Below, piece after piece: positions 40,239 to 49,579 of a stretch of 64,000 nt of DNA (positions are counted from its first letter, which is position 1; every line of letters begins with the position of its first letter). Both the position numbers and the translations under genes were made by a program. The stretch spans positions 5,191 through 69,190 of the forward strand of contig JBAZEH010000004.1 in assembly GCA_041653955.1 (NCBI GenBank), given 5' to 3'. The notes under the pieces are model-generated. The model saw only the letters and a program-made list of their open reading frames with translations, searched no databases and was not told where the DNA came from. The stretch comes from Candidatus Omnitrophota bacterium (GTDB taxonomy: Bacteria > Omnitrophota > Gorgyraeia > Gygaellales > Profunditerraquicolaceae).

Positions 40239-41270
40239 ATGGCAAAGATCGGCATTTTAACCGGAGGAGGGGATTGCCCGGGTTTAAATCCGGTAATAAG
40301 GGCGGTTGTCAGGAAGAGCTGTAATGAGGGTTTTGAAGTTGTCGGGATCAGGAACGGCTGGAAAGGGCTCATAGAAAACAACATTATCCCGCTGGGCCTT
40401 GAGAATATATCCGGGATACTCCCCAAAGGAGGGACTATCCTGGGCACGAGCCGCACAAATCCCTACAAAAAAGAGGGTGACCTGCAAAAACTAAAAGACA
40501 ACTATAAGAAACTGGGATTGACAGCCCTTATAGCGGTAGGAGGAGAAGATACTTTAGGGGTAGCCTCCAAGCTTATTAAAGATAATATAGCTAAGGTTGT
40601 CGGGGTCCCCAAGACCATAGACAATGACCTTTCAGCTACCGATTATACATTCGGTTTTGACACGGCGCTTAATACGGCAATGGAGTGCATTGACAGGCTT
40701 CATACTACAGCCGAAAGCCATCATAGGGTCATAGTTGTGGAAGTCATGGGCAGGCACGCGGGCTGGATAGCGATAGAATCGGGTATCGCCGGAGGGGCGG
40801 ATGTGATCCTCATACCGGAGCTTCCCATAGATATAGAAGAGACCTGTGAACTCCTTAAAAAAAGGCATGGGCGCGGGAAGCTTTTTAGCATAGTAGTTGT
40901 AGCTGAAGGCGCTAAGTTCAAAGAGGGCGGGATGGTCCTGCAGGAAGAGAAACTGGATGCCTTCGGCCATGTGCGCCTGGGAGGCATAGGGGATGCCCTC
41001 GCGCAGGAAATAGAGAAGAGGACGGGTTTTGAGACAAGGGTCAGCGTACTCGGGCATATTCAAAGAGGAGGCAGCCCGACCGCGTTTGACAGGATACTGG
41101 GCACCAGGTTCGGCGTAAAAGCAGTTGAACTGGTGAAGGCCGAAAAATTCGGCAGGATGGTGGCGCTCGCAGGCAACAAGATAATAGATGTGCCTCTTGA
41201 AGAAGCGGTCAACGTATTGAAGACCGTGGATATGGAGCTTTACGAGATCGCCAAAGTATTCTTTGGATAA
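40239..41270 (+). CDS. pfkA: ATP-dependent 6-phosphofructokinase
   Basis: 343 aa; GGDCPGLN and GGDGT-type motifs. Confidence 0.9.
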   Translation: MAKIGILTGGGDCPGLNPVIRAVVRKSCNEGFEVVGIRNGWKGLIENNIIPLGLENISGILPKGGTILGTSRTNPYKKEGDLQKLKDNYKKLGLTALIAVGGEDTLGVASKLIKDNIAKVVGVPKTIDNDLSATDYTFGFDTALNTAMECIDRLHTTAESHHRVIVVEVMGRHAGWIAIESGIAGGADVILIPELPIDIEETCELLKKRHGRGKLFSIVVVAEGAKFKEGGMVLQEEKLDAFGHVRLGGIGDALAQEIEKRTGFETRVSVLGHIQRGGSPTAFDRILGTRFGVKAVELVKAEKFGRMVALAGNKIIDVPLEEAVNVLKTVDMELYEIAKVFFG

Positions 41271-41282
41271 GAGAGGAATACG

Positions 41283-41852
41283 ATGAGAGACAAAATAAAA
41301 GACGTGTTACTTGAAAGCATCCAGGTCAAAGAAGAGTTATTACACACGAGCGTAGGGAAGATCAAGGAGATATCCGATCTCCTGATAGAGGCCCTTAAGA
41401 AGGGCGGCAAAGTGATATTGTTCGGCAACGGCGGCTCTGCCAGCGACAGCCAGCATATAGCCGCGGAATTGGTAGGCAGGTTTAAGAAGGACAGGAACGG
41501 GCTTCCGGCTATAGCCCTTACCACGAACACCTCTATCCTGACGGCTATCGCCAATGATTACGGGTATGAGATAGTATTTTCAAAACAGGTGGAGGCCCTC
41601 GGAGGAAAAAACGATATCGCTATAGGCATATCTACCAGCGGTAAGGCGAAGAACGTGGCCAATGGGATCAGGCAAGCGAAAAAAATGGGCATGAAGACCG
41701 TGGCTTTGACCGGAGCTGACGGAGGAGAGCTGGTAAAATTAGCCGACGTTTCACTGATCGTTCCTTCATCGGTAACAGCGCGCATACAGGAATCGCATAT
41801 CACCATAGGGCATATTATATGCGAATTGGCGGAAGAAGCCCTCTGCGAATAA
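41283..41852 (+). CDS. gmhA: SIS-domain phosphoheptose isomerase
   Basis: 189 aa; GNGGSASDSQH. Confidence 0.85.
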   Translation: MRDKIKDVLLESIQVKEELLHTSVGKIKEISDLLIEALKKGGKVILFGNGGSASDSQHIAAELVGRFKKDRNGLPAIALTTNTSILTAIANDYGYEIVFSKQVEALGGKNDIAIGISTSGKAKNVANGIRQAKKMGMKTVALTGADGGELVKLADVSLIVPSSVTARIQESHITIGHIICELAEEALCE

Positions 41853-41867
41853 AACCCCGGCGTAAAA

Positions 41868-42362
41868 ATGCAGACTTCGCGTTTATTTGAAAATAAGGTC
41901 CGCTCATTAAGCGGGCTTAAGAATACTATTGCGCGCTTGAAAGCGGGCGGCAAAAGAATAGTATTTACCAACGGCTGCTTTGATATCCTTCATTACGGCC
42001 ACATACAATACCTTCAGGAGGCCGCTAAAAAAGGGGATATCCTTATAGTGGCAGTAAACAGCGATTCCTCCGTAAGGAGGATCAAAGGCAAAAAAAGGCC
42101 CATAATAAAAGAGGCGGAGAGGTTAAGGACGGTAGCGGCGCTTGAAAGCGTGGATTACGCAGTCCTTTTTAAAGAAGATACGCCGCTTAAACTTATAAAA
42201 TCACTGAAGCCGGACGTGCTTGTCAAAGGCGCTGACTGGAAGAAGGGCGATATCGTCGGAGGAGATATAGTCACGGCCTGCGGCGGGCGCGTATCTACCA
42301 TAAAGGTCACTAAAGGGCGCTCTACGTCTAACCTTATCAAAAAAATTGCCAAACGCTTCTGA
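41868..42362 (+). CDS. D-glycero-beta-D-manno-heptose-1-phosphate adenylyltransferase (RfaE/HldE domain II only)
   Basis: 164 aa; cytidylyltransferase-fold motif NGCFDILHYGH. Confidence 0.85.
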   Translation: MQTSRLFENKVRSLSGLKNTIARLKAGGKRIVFTNGCFDILHYGHIQYLQEAAKKGDILIVAVNSDSSVRRIKGKKRPIIKEAERLRTVAALESVDYAVLFKEDTPLKLIKSLKPDVLVKGADWKKGDIVGGDIVTACGGRVSTIKVTKGRSTSNLIKKIAKRF

Positions 42363-42795
42363 TATCAGGGCAGTATACAGGATCATTGACGCCAATATAA
42401 ACCGCGCTAAAGAGGGGCTTCGCGTATGCGAAGAGATAGCGAGGTTCATCCTGGAAAACCGCAAGCTTACTGCCGGTTTTAAAAGTATGCGGCACGCGGT
42501 GACCGCCATATTAAAACGCCTTCCCGCGGGCGTAAGGGGTTTTGTGGATAGGGATAGTGCCGGAGACATAGGCAGGAAAATATACGCCGATGAGCTGCGA
42601 AGAAAGGATTGGCAGGATATATTCTACGCCAATATGCAGCGCGCCAAAGAATCTATCAGGGTGCTTGAGGAATTCGTTAAACTCAGCGATAAAACCGCAG
42701 CCCTCAAATTCAAAAAAATAAGATATGATCTTTATGGACTGGAAAAGGATTCCGTAAAGCTGGTTTCATCATGCCGCGGGCCCAAAAGAAAATGA
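42346..42795 (+). CDS. helical protein resembling the N-terminal regulatory domain of 'ThiE-related' long thiamine-phosphate synthases (tentative)
   Basis: 149 aa; YRIIDANINRAKEGLRVCEEIARF; directly precedes and overlaps thiC. Confidence 0.35.
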   Translation: MPNASDIRAVYRIIDANINRAKEGLRVCEEIARFILENRKLTAGFKSMRHAVTAILKRLPAGVRGFVDRDSAGDIGRKIYADELRRKDWQDIFYANMQRAKESIRVLEEFVKLSDKTAALKFKKIRYDLYGLEKDSVKLVSSCRGPKRK

Positions 42796-44060
42796 CCCAA
42801 TTAGAATATGCCTCAAAGAATATCATAACACCCCTGATGAAAAGGGCCGCCCTTATTGAAGGCAAAGACCCGCGCGCGATATTAAGGCTGATAAAAGAAG
42901 GCAGGGCGGTGATCCTCAATAACCTTAAACGCAGGATAGCTAAGCCATGCGCCGTAGGTTATGGGCTCCGCACCAAGATAAACGCCAACATAGGGACCTC
43001 AACCGATAAATCTTCCATTGATTACGAGTTAAAGAAAGCCGCTGTCGCCGTAAAATACGGGGCGGACACTATAATGGATTTAAGCGTAGGAGGCGGCCTG
43101 AGGAAGGTGAGGAGGGCGATATTAAAGGCATCCCCCGTGCCTGTAGGGACAGTCCCGATATATGAAATAGCCGTAAACGCGAAAAAAAATAACCGGGACC
43201 TGCTGGATTTCACTTTTGAGGATATTCTCGGCACCCTGCAATCCCAGGCTGAAGACGGCGTTGATTTCTTTACCATTCACGCGGGAGTCACAATAAATAC
43301 CCTGCGGGCCCTGAAAGAAAGAAAACGCCTGATGGGGATAGTTTCCAGGGGAGGGGCGATGCTCTCCGCCTGGATAAAGCGCCATAAAAAAGAAAACCCC
43401 TTTTACGAACATTTTGACAGGATACTTGATATAGCGGCTGCTTATGATGTGACGCTTAGCCTGGGGGATGGATTAAGGCCCGGCTCAATAGTTGACGCGA
43501 CTGATAAGGCGCAAATAGCGGAACTCAAGGCCCTCGGCAGCCTGGCAAGGCGCGCCCGCCAGAGAGGCGTGCAGGTAATGATAGAAGGCCCGGGGCATGT
43601 GCCGTTGGACCAGATAAAAAGGAATATGGAGCTTGAAAAGGATATTTGCGGCGGCGCCCCATTTTATGTCCTGGGCCCCCTGGTTACCGATATAGCCGCC
43701 GGATACGACCATATAAGCAGCGCTATCGGAGGCGCTATAGCCGCGGCAGCGGGAGCCGACTTCTTATGCTATGTAACGCCTTCGGAACACCTTCGCCACC
43801 CTTCTATAGAAGACGTGCGCGAAGGGGTCATAGCCCACAGGATAGCGGCGCACGCGGCCGATATCGCGAAAGGGTCAAAACAGGCGATAGGATGGGACAG
43901 GGAGATGTCAGCCGCCCGCAAGAAACGCGACTGGAAAAAACAGATCTCGCTTTCCATAGACCCGCAGAAAGCAGAAATTTACAGAAGTTCGTCAAAACCG
44001 CACATATCAAACGTATGCACCATGTGCGGAGATTACTGCTCTATTAAATTAACGGAATGA
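42792..44060 (+). CDS. thiC: phosphomethylpyrimidine synthase ThiC (start at MTQLEYA; ATGA overlap with the upstream gene)
   Basis: Radical-SAM-like CMCGDYCS cluster at the C-terminus; family conserved throughout. Confidence 0.93.
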   Translation: MTQLEYASKNIITPLMKRAALIEGKDPRAILRLIKEGRAVILNNLKRRIAKPCAVGYGLRTKINANIGTSTDKSSIDYELKKAAVAVKYGADTIMDLSVGGGLRKVRRAILKASPVPVGTVPIYEIAVNAKKNNRDLLDFTFEDILGTLQSQAEDGVDFFTIHAGVTINTLRALKERKRLMGIVSRGGAMLSAWIKRHKKENPFYEHFDRILDIAAAYDVTLSLGDGLRPGSIVDATDKAQIAELKALGSLARRARQRGVQVMIEGPGHVPLDQIKRNMELEKDICGGAPFYVLGPLVTDIAAGYDHISSAIGGAIAAAAGADFLCYVTPSEHLRHPSIEDVREGVIAHRIAAHAADIAKGSKQAIGWDREMSAARKKRDWKKQISLSIDPQKAEIYRSSSKPHISNVCTMCGDYCSIKLTE

Positions 44061-44065
44061 CATAT

Positions 44066-44136
44066 GCGGGTGTAATTCAGTGGTAGAATGACAGCTTCCC
44101 AAGCTGTATATGGCGGTTCGATTCCGCTCACCCGCT
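44066..44136 (+). tRNA. tRNA-Gly (anticodon CCC)
   Basis: gcgggtg acceptor stem, D-arm tcagtggtagaa, anticodon loop ttCCCaa, T-arm ggttcgattcc, 3' cacccgc; no encoded CCA. Confidence 0.88.
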
Positions 44137-44175
44137 TAAAATTGATTATAAGGTAAGCGCGGTATCATATATCTT

Positions 44176-44841
44176 ATGTTTAATCTAAAACCCTCATCAT
44201 ATCTTATCGCTATCGCCTCGCTGTTATTGCTCTCTGGCTGCGCCACATCCCCAGGCGCCGTATCGTCCCGTCCGCAGTTCAATATTCCGGGTATTTACCA
44301 TACCGTAGAAAAAGGGCAGACCCTATGGAGAATATCCAAGACCTATAACGTAGACTTAGACGAGGTGGTGCGCATCAACCGCATACCCGATGCCGCGAAC
44401 ATAGAGCAGGGGCAGCTTATATTCATACCTTACGCTAAAAAGAAAACAGAAACTTTTAAATATTCCGCGGGAGAAGAATTTGAGTGGCCGCTAAGAGGCA
44501 GGGTAATAGCCGGCTTCGGACAGACCCATGACGATATGATCAATAAGGGGATAAATATAGAGCGCACGAGAAGCGAAGATGTGCTTGCTTCGCGCGGCGG
44601 CAAGGTAGTATTTTATGACCCCGCATTTGAGAGGTTCGGAAAAACACTGATCATTGACCACGGTGATGGCTTTTCTACCGTCTACGCGGGGGTCTTTGAC
44701 CTGTTCGTAAAAACCGGGGATTACGTAAAGAAGGGGGCGCTAATAGCGAAACTCGGGCCATCCCACAGGAAGGAACCATACCTGCACTTTGAGGTAAGGA
44801 AATCTCATATACCCCAGAACCCTAATTTTTATTTACCGTGA
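44176..44841 (+). CDS. lipoprotein with LysM and a degenerate M23 (dLytM, NlpD/EnvC-like) domain
   Basis: LSGC lipobox; LysM domain; M23 fold lacking the HxxxD motif and the second His (YAG instead of YAH). Confidence 0.8.
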   Translation: MFNLKPSSYLIAIASLLLLSGCATSPGAVSSRPQFNIPGIYHTVEKGQTLWRISKTYNVDLDEVVRINRIPDAANIEQGQLIFIPYAKKKTETFKYSAGEEFEWPLRGRVIAGFGQTHDDMINKGINIERTRSEDVLASRGGKVVFYDPAFERFGKTLIIDHGDGFSTVYAGVFDLFVKTGDYVKKGALIAKLGPSHRKEPYLHFEVRKSHIPQNPNFYLP

Positions 44842-46439
44842 AAAGAGAAATATTATTCGGACGCAAAGATTACCTGGATATCCTGGATAAGCGCATAAGC
44901 GACTTAAGGGAGGGGTACCGCCAGAACCTCGCCATCATAGGGGATGAGTTCATAGGCAAAACCTCCATACTGTTCAATTTCCTGGACAATTTTTACGATA
45001 ACCGCCTGGTAATAACCTATATTGAGATAAGGCCGGAATCGCTTTCATCTTTTTCAAAGAGGTTTATCGGGGTCCTGCTCTATAACTTCCTCCTGAACAG
45101 CGGCGTCCCCCTGCAGGAAAATATTGATTACCTTATAGCCAAGTCCGAAAAATATATACCTAAGACAGTAGAAAAAATAAAATATATCCTTTCGGCCCTG
45201 GAAAGAAGGAAGAAAAACAATATTTTCTCCGAACTCCTTTCCCTGTTTGAGGCGATCAACCAGGAAACGGGAAAATCCTGCGTGGCGATATTTGACGAGT
45301 TCCACAACTTTGAGAATATGGGGGTAAAAGACCTTTATCCGGAATGGTCAAAACTTCTTATTACGCAGAAGAATACGATGTATATAATCGCCAGCTCCAG
45401 GAAGATAAAGGCGAAGTCCATACTTTCAAAGAACCTTTCCCTGCTTTTCGGGAACTTTGAGATAATAATGGTTGAACCCTTTGATATAAATACGAGCGAA
45501 GAGTATCTCAACAGCCGGCTCGCGGGCACCGGACTTAGCGCGGAATTTAAGAAGTTCATCATAAATTTTTCCGGCGGGGTGCCGTTCTATCTGGATATGT
45601 TCTCCAAGGAACTGCTTAAGGTAAACCCGTCAGGGCTGGTGGATATGCTTGAAGAGCTCCTCTTTATGCCCACGGGCATATTGAACCAGAAGTTCTCCGC
45701 GTACCTGAAACGCTTCCTTGATATACCTTACAGCCAGGATTATATCTCCATACTTTACCTGATATCTGAAGGGCATAACCGGCTTAAGGATATCGGGCAT
45801 ATCCTGCGCAAGCAGCGCAAGGAGCTGCTGGCGAGGGCAAACTATCTGGCGGAGATGGACGCGATAAGCCGTAACGGAGATTTCCTGAACATAAATGACC
45901 GCGTATTCTCTTTTTGGATAAGGTTTGTATACCAAGAGAAACTGCAATCCCTTACCTTTGATTCAAGGAATCAGAAGGTCGCCTTCAGGGATAAAATAGA
46001 AAATATGATACAGGAGTTCCTCTCAAGCGACAGCAAGAGCCCCGTAGAGAGGACCGTAGAGTTAATGCACCTGTTTGGGGATGACACGATACATATGGAA
46101 AAGAAACGCGTCAGGCTGACGCATTTCAGGGAAATAAAGGCAATGGAATTCCATAACCGCTGCTTAAGGGACGGGGTGATCGGGCGCTCGCATGATGACC
46201 TTTGGATAATCGCCTTTAAGCGCGGGGCCCTGACCGAAGAAGATATCATAGAGTTTTCAAGGGAATGCAAGAAGTACCGCCAGAAAACGCAGAAGAAGAT
46301 AATAGTCACCCTTGAAGATATAGACAGCAATACCCGCCTAAGGGCGCTTGAAGAGAAGATATTGGCCTGGGACATGAATAAACTGAACCAGCTTTTTGAC
46401 CTTTTCTCCAAACCCAGGATAATAACCTGTAAACAATGA
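44838..46439 (+). CDS. PF01637-type (archaeal-type, DUF234-like) AAA ATPase, 533 aa
   Basis: Walker A GDEFIGKTS, Walker B VAIFDEFH; 4-nt overlap with the dLytM gene. Confidence 0.65.
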   Translation: MKREILFGRKDYLDILDKRISDLREGYRQNLAIIGDEFIGKTSILFNFLDNFYDNRLVITYIEIRPESLSSFSKRFIGVLLYNFLLNSGVPLQENIDYLIAKSEKYIPKTVEKIKYILSALERRKKNNIFSELLSLFEAINQETGKSCVAIFDEFHNFENMGVKDLYPEWSKLLITQKNTMYIIASSRKIKAKSILSKNLSLLFGNFEIIMVEPFDINTSEEYLNSRLAGTGLSAEFKKFIINFSGGVPFYLDMFSKELLKVNPSGLVDMLEELLFMPTGILNQKFSAYLKRFLDIPYSQDYISILYLISEGHNRLKDIGHILRKQRKELLARANYLAEMDAISRNGDFLNINDRVFSFWIRFVYQEKLQSLTFDSRNQKVAFRDKIENMIQEFLSSDSKSPVERTVELMHLFGDDTIHMEKKRVRLTHFREIKAMEFHNRCLRDGVIGRSHDDLWIIAFKRGALTEEDIIEFSRECKKYRQKTQKKIIVTLEDIDSNTRLRALEEKILAWDMNKLNQLFDLFSKPRIITCKQ

Positions 46440-46924
46440 AAATAGGGGTTATTTCGGATACGCATATACCTGACCGCACGGAGGATATCCCCGCCGAGAT
46501 ACTTGAAGCATTTAAGGGGGTTGATATGGTCATCCATGCCGGCGACCTCGTGGAGTACGGGGTAATAGATAAGTTAAAAAGCGTATGCAAAGACGTAAGG
46601 GCGGTGTGGGGGAATATGGACCCTTACGACGTCAGGAAGCGCCTCCCCGATAAAGAGATCATAAAGATAGGGAAGTACCGCGTAGGGGTCACGCACGGCT
46701 ACGGCCACCCTTCAAAGCTCGTAGATATGATGGAAGATATATTCAGAAACGACGGCGTGGACCTGGTAATATTCGGCCATTCCCATTCTGCCATCAGCGA
46801 AAAAAGGGGGAACACGATATATTTCAACCCCGGCAGCGCTACAGATAAGGTATACGCTAAATATAACTCATACGGCATAATCGAAATAAACGACAAAATA
46901 GACACAAAGATAGTGAGGATATAA
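46436..46924 (+). CDS. YfcE-like metallophosphoesterase
   Basis: 162 aa; GDTH...GHSH calcineurin-like motifs. Confidence 0.8.
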   Translation: MKIGVISDTHIPDRTEDIPAEILEAFKGVDMVIHAGDLVEYGVIDKLKSVCKDVRAVWGNMDPYDVRKRLPDKEIIKIGKYRVGVTHGYGHPSKLVDMMEDIFRNDGVDLVIFGHSHSAISEKRGNTIYFNPGSATDKVYAKYNSYGIIEINDKIDTKIVRI

Positions 46925-47389
46925 ATGGATAGGCTTTGGGCGCCCTGGAGGATCGGGTATATAAAAAAGAAGAAAAAGAAGAAGGGCTGCGTATTCTGCT
47001 CGGCCCTGAAGGGGAATGATTACGTCGTGCTGAAGAGCAAATATTCTTTTGCCCTGCTTAATATTTTCCCGTATAATAACGGCCATACGATGGTATCTCC
47101 CATAAGGCATATAAAAGAGCTGTCTAAGCTGAACGAAAAAGAAGCGCTTGATATATTTCACACGGTAAACAAGGTAAAAAAAATACTGGATAAGGTCCTC
47201 AAGCCACACGGTTACAATATCGGGATGAATACGTCGGAAAGCGCCGGGGCGGGAGAGGCGGGGCATATGCATATACATATAGTCCCGCGCTGGAAAGGCG
47301 ATACCAATTTTATTACTTCTTTATCCGGCACAAAGGTTATCTCGCAATCCCTGGATGAACTGCACAAACAGATGAAAAAGGCATGCTGA
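46925..47389 (+). CDS. HIT-family nucleotide hydrolase/transferase
   Basis: HMHIHIV histidine triad; N-terminal K7 tract. Confidence 0.82.
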   Translation: MDRLWAPWRIGYIKKKKKKKGCVFCSALKGNDYVVLKSKYSFALLNIFPYNNGHTMVSPIRHIKELSKLNEKEALDIFHTVNKVKKILDKVLKPHGYNIGMNTSESAGAGEAGHMHIHIVPRWKGDTNFITSLSGTKVISQSLDELHKQMKKAC

Positions 47390-48537
47390 ACCAGAAACGC
47401 ATAAAAGAGCTTGAGGATTACCTGCTGGCCCCTTACGCTATGAAAAGTTATGATACGCGGGGGCGCGTCCATAAGGAGAAAGAGCATCCATACAGATCGG
47501 CATACCAGAGGGACCGCGACAGGATAATCCACTCCGCCGCGTTCAGGCGCCTGGAATACAAAACCCAGGTATTCGTGAACCATGAGGGTGATTACTACCG
47601 CACGAGGCTCACGCATACGATGGAAGTCGCGCAGATCGCAAGGACAATAGCTTCTACCTTGAGGCTTAACGTTGACCTGACGGAAGCAATAGCGCTGGCG
47701 CATGACCTTGGCCATACGCCTTTCGGCCACTCGGGGGAAGACGCCCTTAACGAACTGATGAAGATGCACGGAGGGTTTAACCATAACCTGCACGGGTTAA
47801 GGGTAGTGGACCTCCTGGAAGAAAGGTATATAGATTTCCCCGGGCTTAACTTAAGCTGGGAGGTAAGGGAAGGGATAATAAAACATTCTACCGATTTTGA
47901 CAAGTCCGTAAAGATAAAAGGGCTGGCGCCCAAAGAGATGCCTACCCTGGAAACGCAGGTCGTTGATATAGCAGACGAGATAGCTTACGATAACCATGAC
48001 CTTGATGACGGGATAACCTCCGGGCTCCTTAAGGAGGGGGACCTTAAAAAACTCTCCCTCTGGGATAAAATAAGTAAGGAAACCGACAAAAATTATGATA
48101 GAATATCAGATGAGAAGAGAAAATACCTTCTTATACGCTCTTTAATAGACCTGCAGGTTACCGACCTTATAAGGGAAACAGAGCAGATAATCAGGAAACT
48201 GGGGCTGAAAACCTGCGCCAATGTCAAAAAGCTTGATAGAAAGATCGTAGCTTTCAGCAGGCCGATGCAGGAACTAAGGAAACCGCTGCGCTCATTCCTG
48301 AAAGAGAACCTTTACCAGCATTACCGCGTAATAAGGATGAGCCATAAGGCGAAGCGTTTTATCCAGGAGATGTTCAATATATATTTAAAGAACCCCCGGC
48401 AGCTGCCTTCGCACATACAGAAGAATATGCCCGAGGCAGGGGTAAGGCGGGTAATATGCGATTATATCGCCGGGATGACAGACAGGTACGCGTTAGATGA
48501 ATACAAGAAGCTATTTGACCCCTACGAAAAAGTATAA
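47383..48537 (+). CDS. dgt: dGTP triphosphohydrolase-like HD protein
   Basis: 384 aa; HD motif HDLGHTPFGH. Confidence 0.85.
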   Translation: MLNQKRIKELEDYLLAPYAMKSYDTRGRVHKEKEHPYRSAYQRDRDRIIHSAAFRRLEYKTQVFVNHEGDYYRTRLTHTMEVAQIARTIASTLRLNVDLTEAIALAHDLGHTPFGHSGEDALNELMKMHGGFNHNLHGLRVVDLLEERYIDFPGLNLSWEVREGIIKHSTDFDKSVKIKGLAPKEMPTLETQVVDIADEIAYDNHDLDDGITSGLLKEGDLKKLSLWDKISKETDKNYDRISDEKRKYLLIRSLIDLQVTDLIRETEQIIRKLGLKTCANVKKLDRKIVAFSRPMQELRKPLRSFLKENLYQHYRVIRMSHKAKRFIQEMFNIYLKNPRQLPSHIQKNMPEAGVRRVICDYIAGMTDRYALDEYKKLFDPYEKV

Positions 48538-49570
48538 AACACTTATTTCCGCTATCCACGCTATTTACCGCCTGGTAAATTCAACCTTTGAATTGAAGGA
48601 CCTGGTAATAAGGCTGGACAGGCTTGTCTGCCAGATATTCAATTCGCAATATTGCCTGATAGCGCTCTTAGACCCTGCCAAGCACCATTGCATGTTAAGA
48701 TGCCTGGCGACCGGAAAAAAAAGGTATGTAATGGATAAGAAGGCTGTCTTATCCAACAGGATAGAGAAAAGGATAATAAAAAAGCTTACCGTAGTCAGGC
48801 AGGAGAGGATGCTGGGGATACCCCTCATCTCCGAGGATATCAGCGGCTTAATAATCATCAAGAGGGATAAGAAAAACCCTCCATTTGACAAATTTGACGA
48901 AGAGATGCTGATGACCATAGGCGAACAGGCAATAATAGGCCTAAGGACACTTCAACTGTATGATGAACAGCAAAAGTTAGCCCTGGGGAGCATAAAATCA
49001 CTGGTTACCCTGCTGGATACAAGAGTCCCGCAGGAGTACACGCACTCCCCTTACTTCAGCCATCTGGTCGGGATAATAGCCAACCAGATGCACCTTGACA
49101 CTAAACAGGTAGAGAGCCTTAAATATGCCAGCATGCTGCATGACGCAGGAAAAGCGGATATACCTATGCAAATACTCACTAAAACCTCTAAACTTACCCC
49201 TTATGAGTATAAGATAATCAAGAGGCACCCGCTTGCCGGAGCGCATATATTAAGGCACCTGCAGATATTAAGGCCGGCTATACCGATAATAATGCACCAC
49301 CATGAAAAGTATAACGGGACAGGCTATCCTTCAAGGCTCAAGAAAGGCCAGATACCGCTGGGAGCCCGCATTATGGCAGTAGCCGACGCCTTTGAGGCTA
49401 TGGTATACGGAAGGCCTTACAGGGAGAGGATAGATATACACTCCGCGGTAAAAGAGATAAAAAAGAAGAGCGGCTCGCAGTTTGACCCTAAGGTAGTAGA
49501 GGCATTCCTTAAGGTGGTCAAAAAGATAAAAACAAAAAAATATTTGCAAACCGGCAGCAAAAAGTTATAA
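48497..49570 (+). CDS. GAF plus HD-GYP domain c-di-GMP phosphodiesterase
   Basis: HDAGK...GYP motifs; overlaps the dgt 3' end. Confidence 0.78.
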   Translation: MNTRSYLTPTKKYKTLISAIHAIYRLVNSTFELKDLVIRLDRLVCQIFNSQYCLIALLDPAKHHCMLRCLATGKKRYVMDKKAVLSNRIEKRIIKKLTVVRQERMLGIPLISEDISGLIIIKRDKKNPPFDKFDEEMLMTIGEQAIIGLRTLQLYDEQQKLALGSIKSLVTLLDTRVPQEYTHSPYFSHLVGIIANQMHLDTKQVESLKYASMLHDAGKADIPMQILTKTSKLTPYEYKIIKRHPLAGAHILRHLQILRPAIPIIMHHHEKYNGTGYPSRLKKGQIPLGARIMAVADAFEAMVYGRPYRERIDIHSAVKEIKKKSGSQFDPKVVEAFLKVVKKIKTKKYLQTGSKKL

Positions 49571-49579
49571 TAAATTATT

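Noticed and set aside
42300-42800. TPP riboswitch upstream of thiC
   Set aside because: Searched by eye for the CUGAGA / pyrimidine-sensor helix consensus; none found. thiC is translationally coupled to upstream ORFs with no leader.
43646-44047. Arg-rich 133-aa plus-strand ORF in an alternative frame inside thiC
   Set aside because: Fully embedded in the conserved thiC frame; its composition (R/P/S-rich) is characteristic of out-of-frame translation of GC-rich coding sequence.
44066-46924. Genomic island integrated at tRNA-Gly
   Set aside because: No integrase, no direct repeat of the tRNA 3' end and no visible GC shift downstream; only the unusual dLytM-ATPase pair, which is reported as a finding instead.
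46960-46990. A-rich run in the HIT gene as a frameshifted pseudogene
   Set aside because: The reading frame is continuous through the run and yields an intact HIT fold with the histidine triad; only noted as a potential slippage hotspot.
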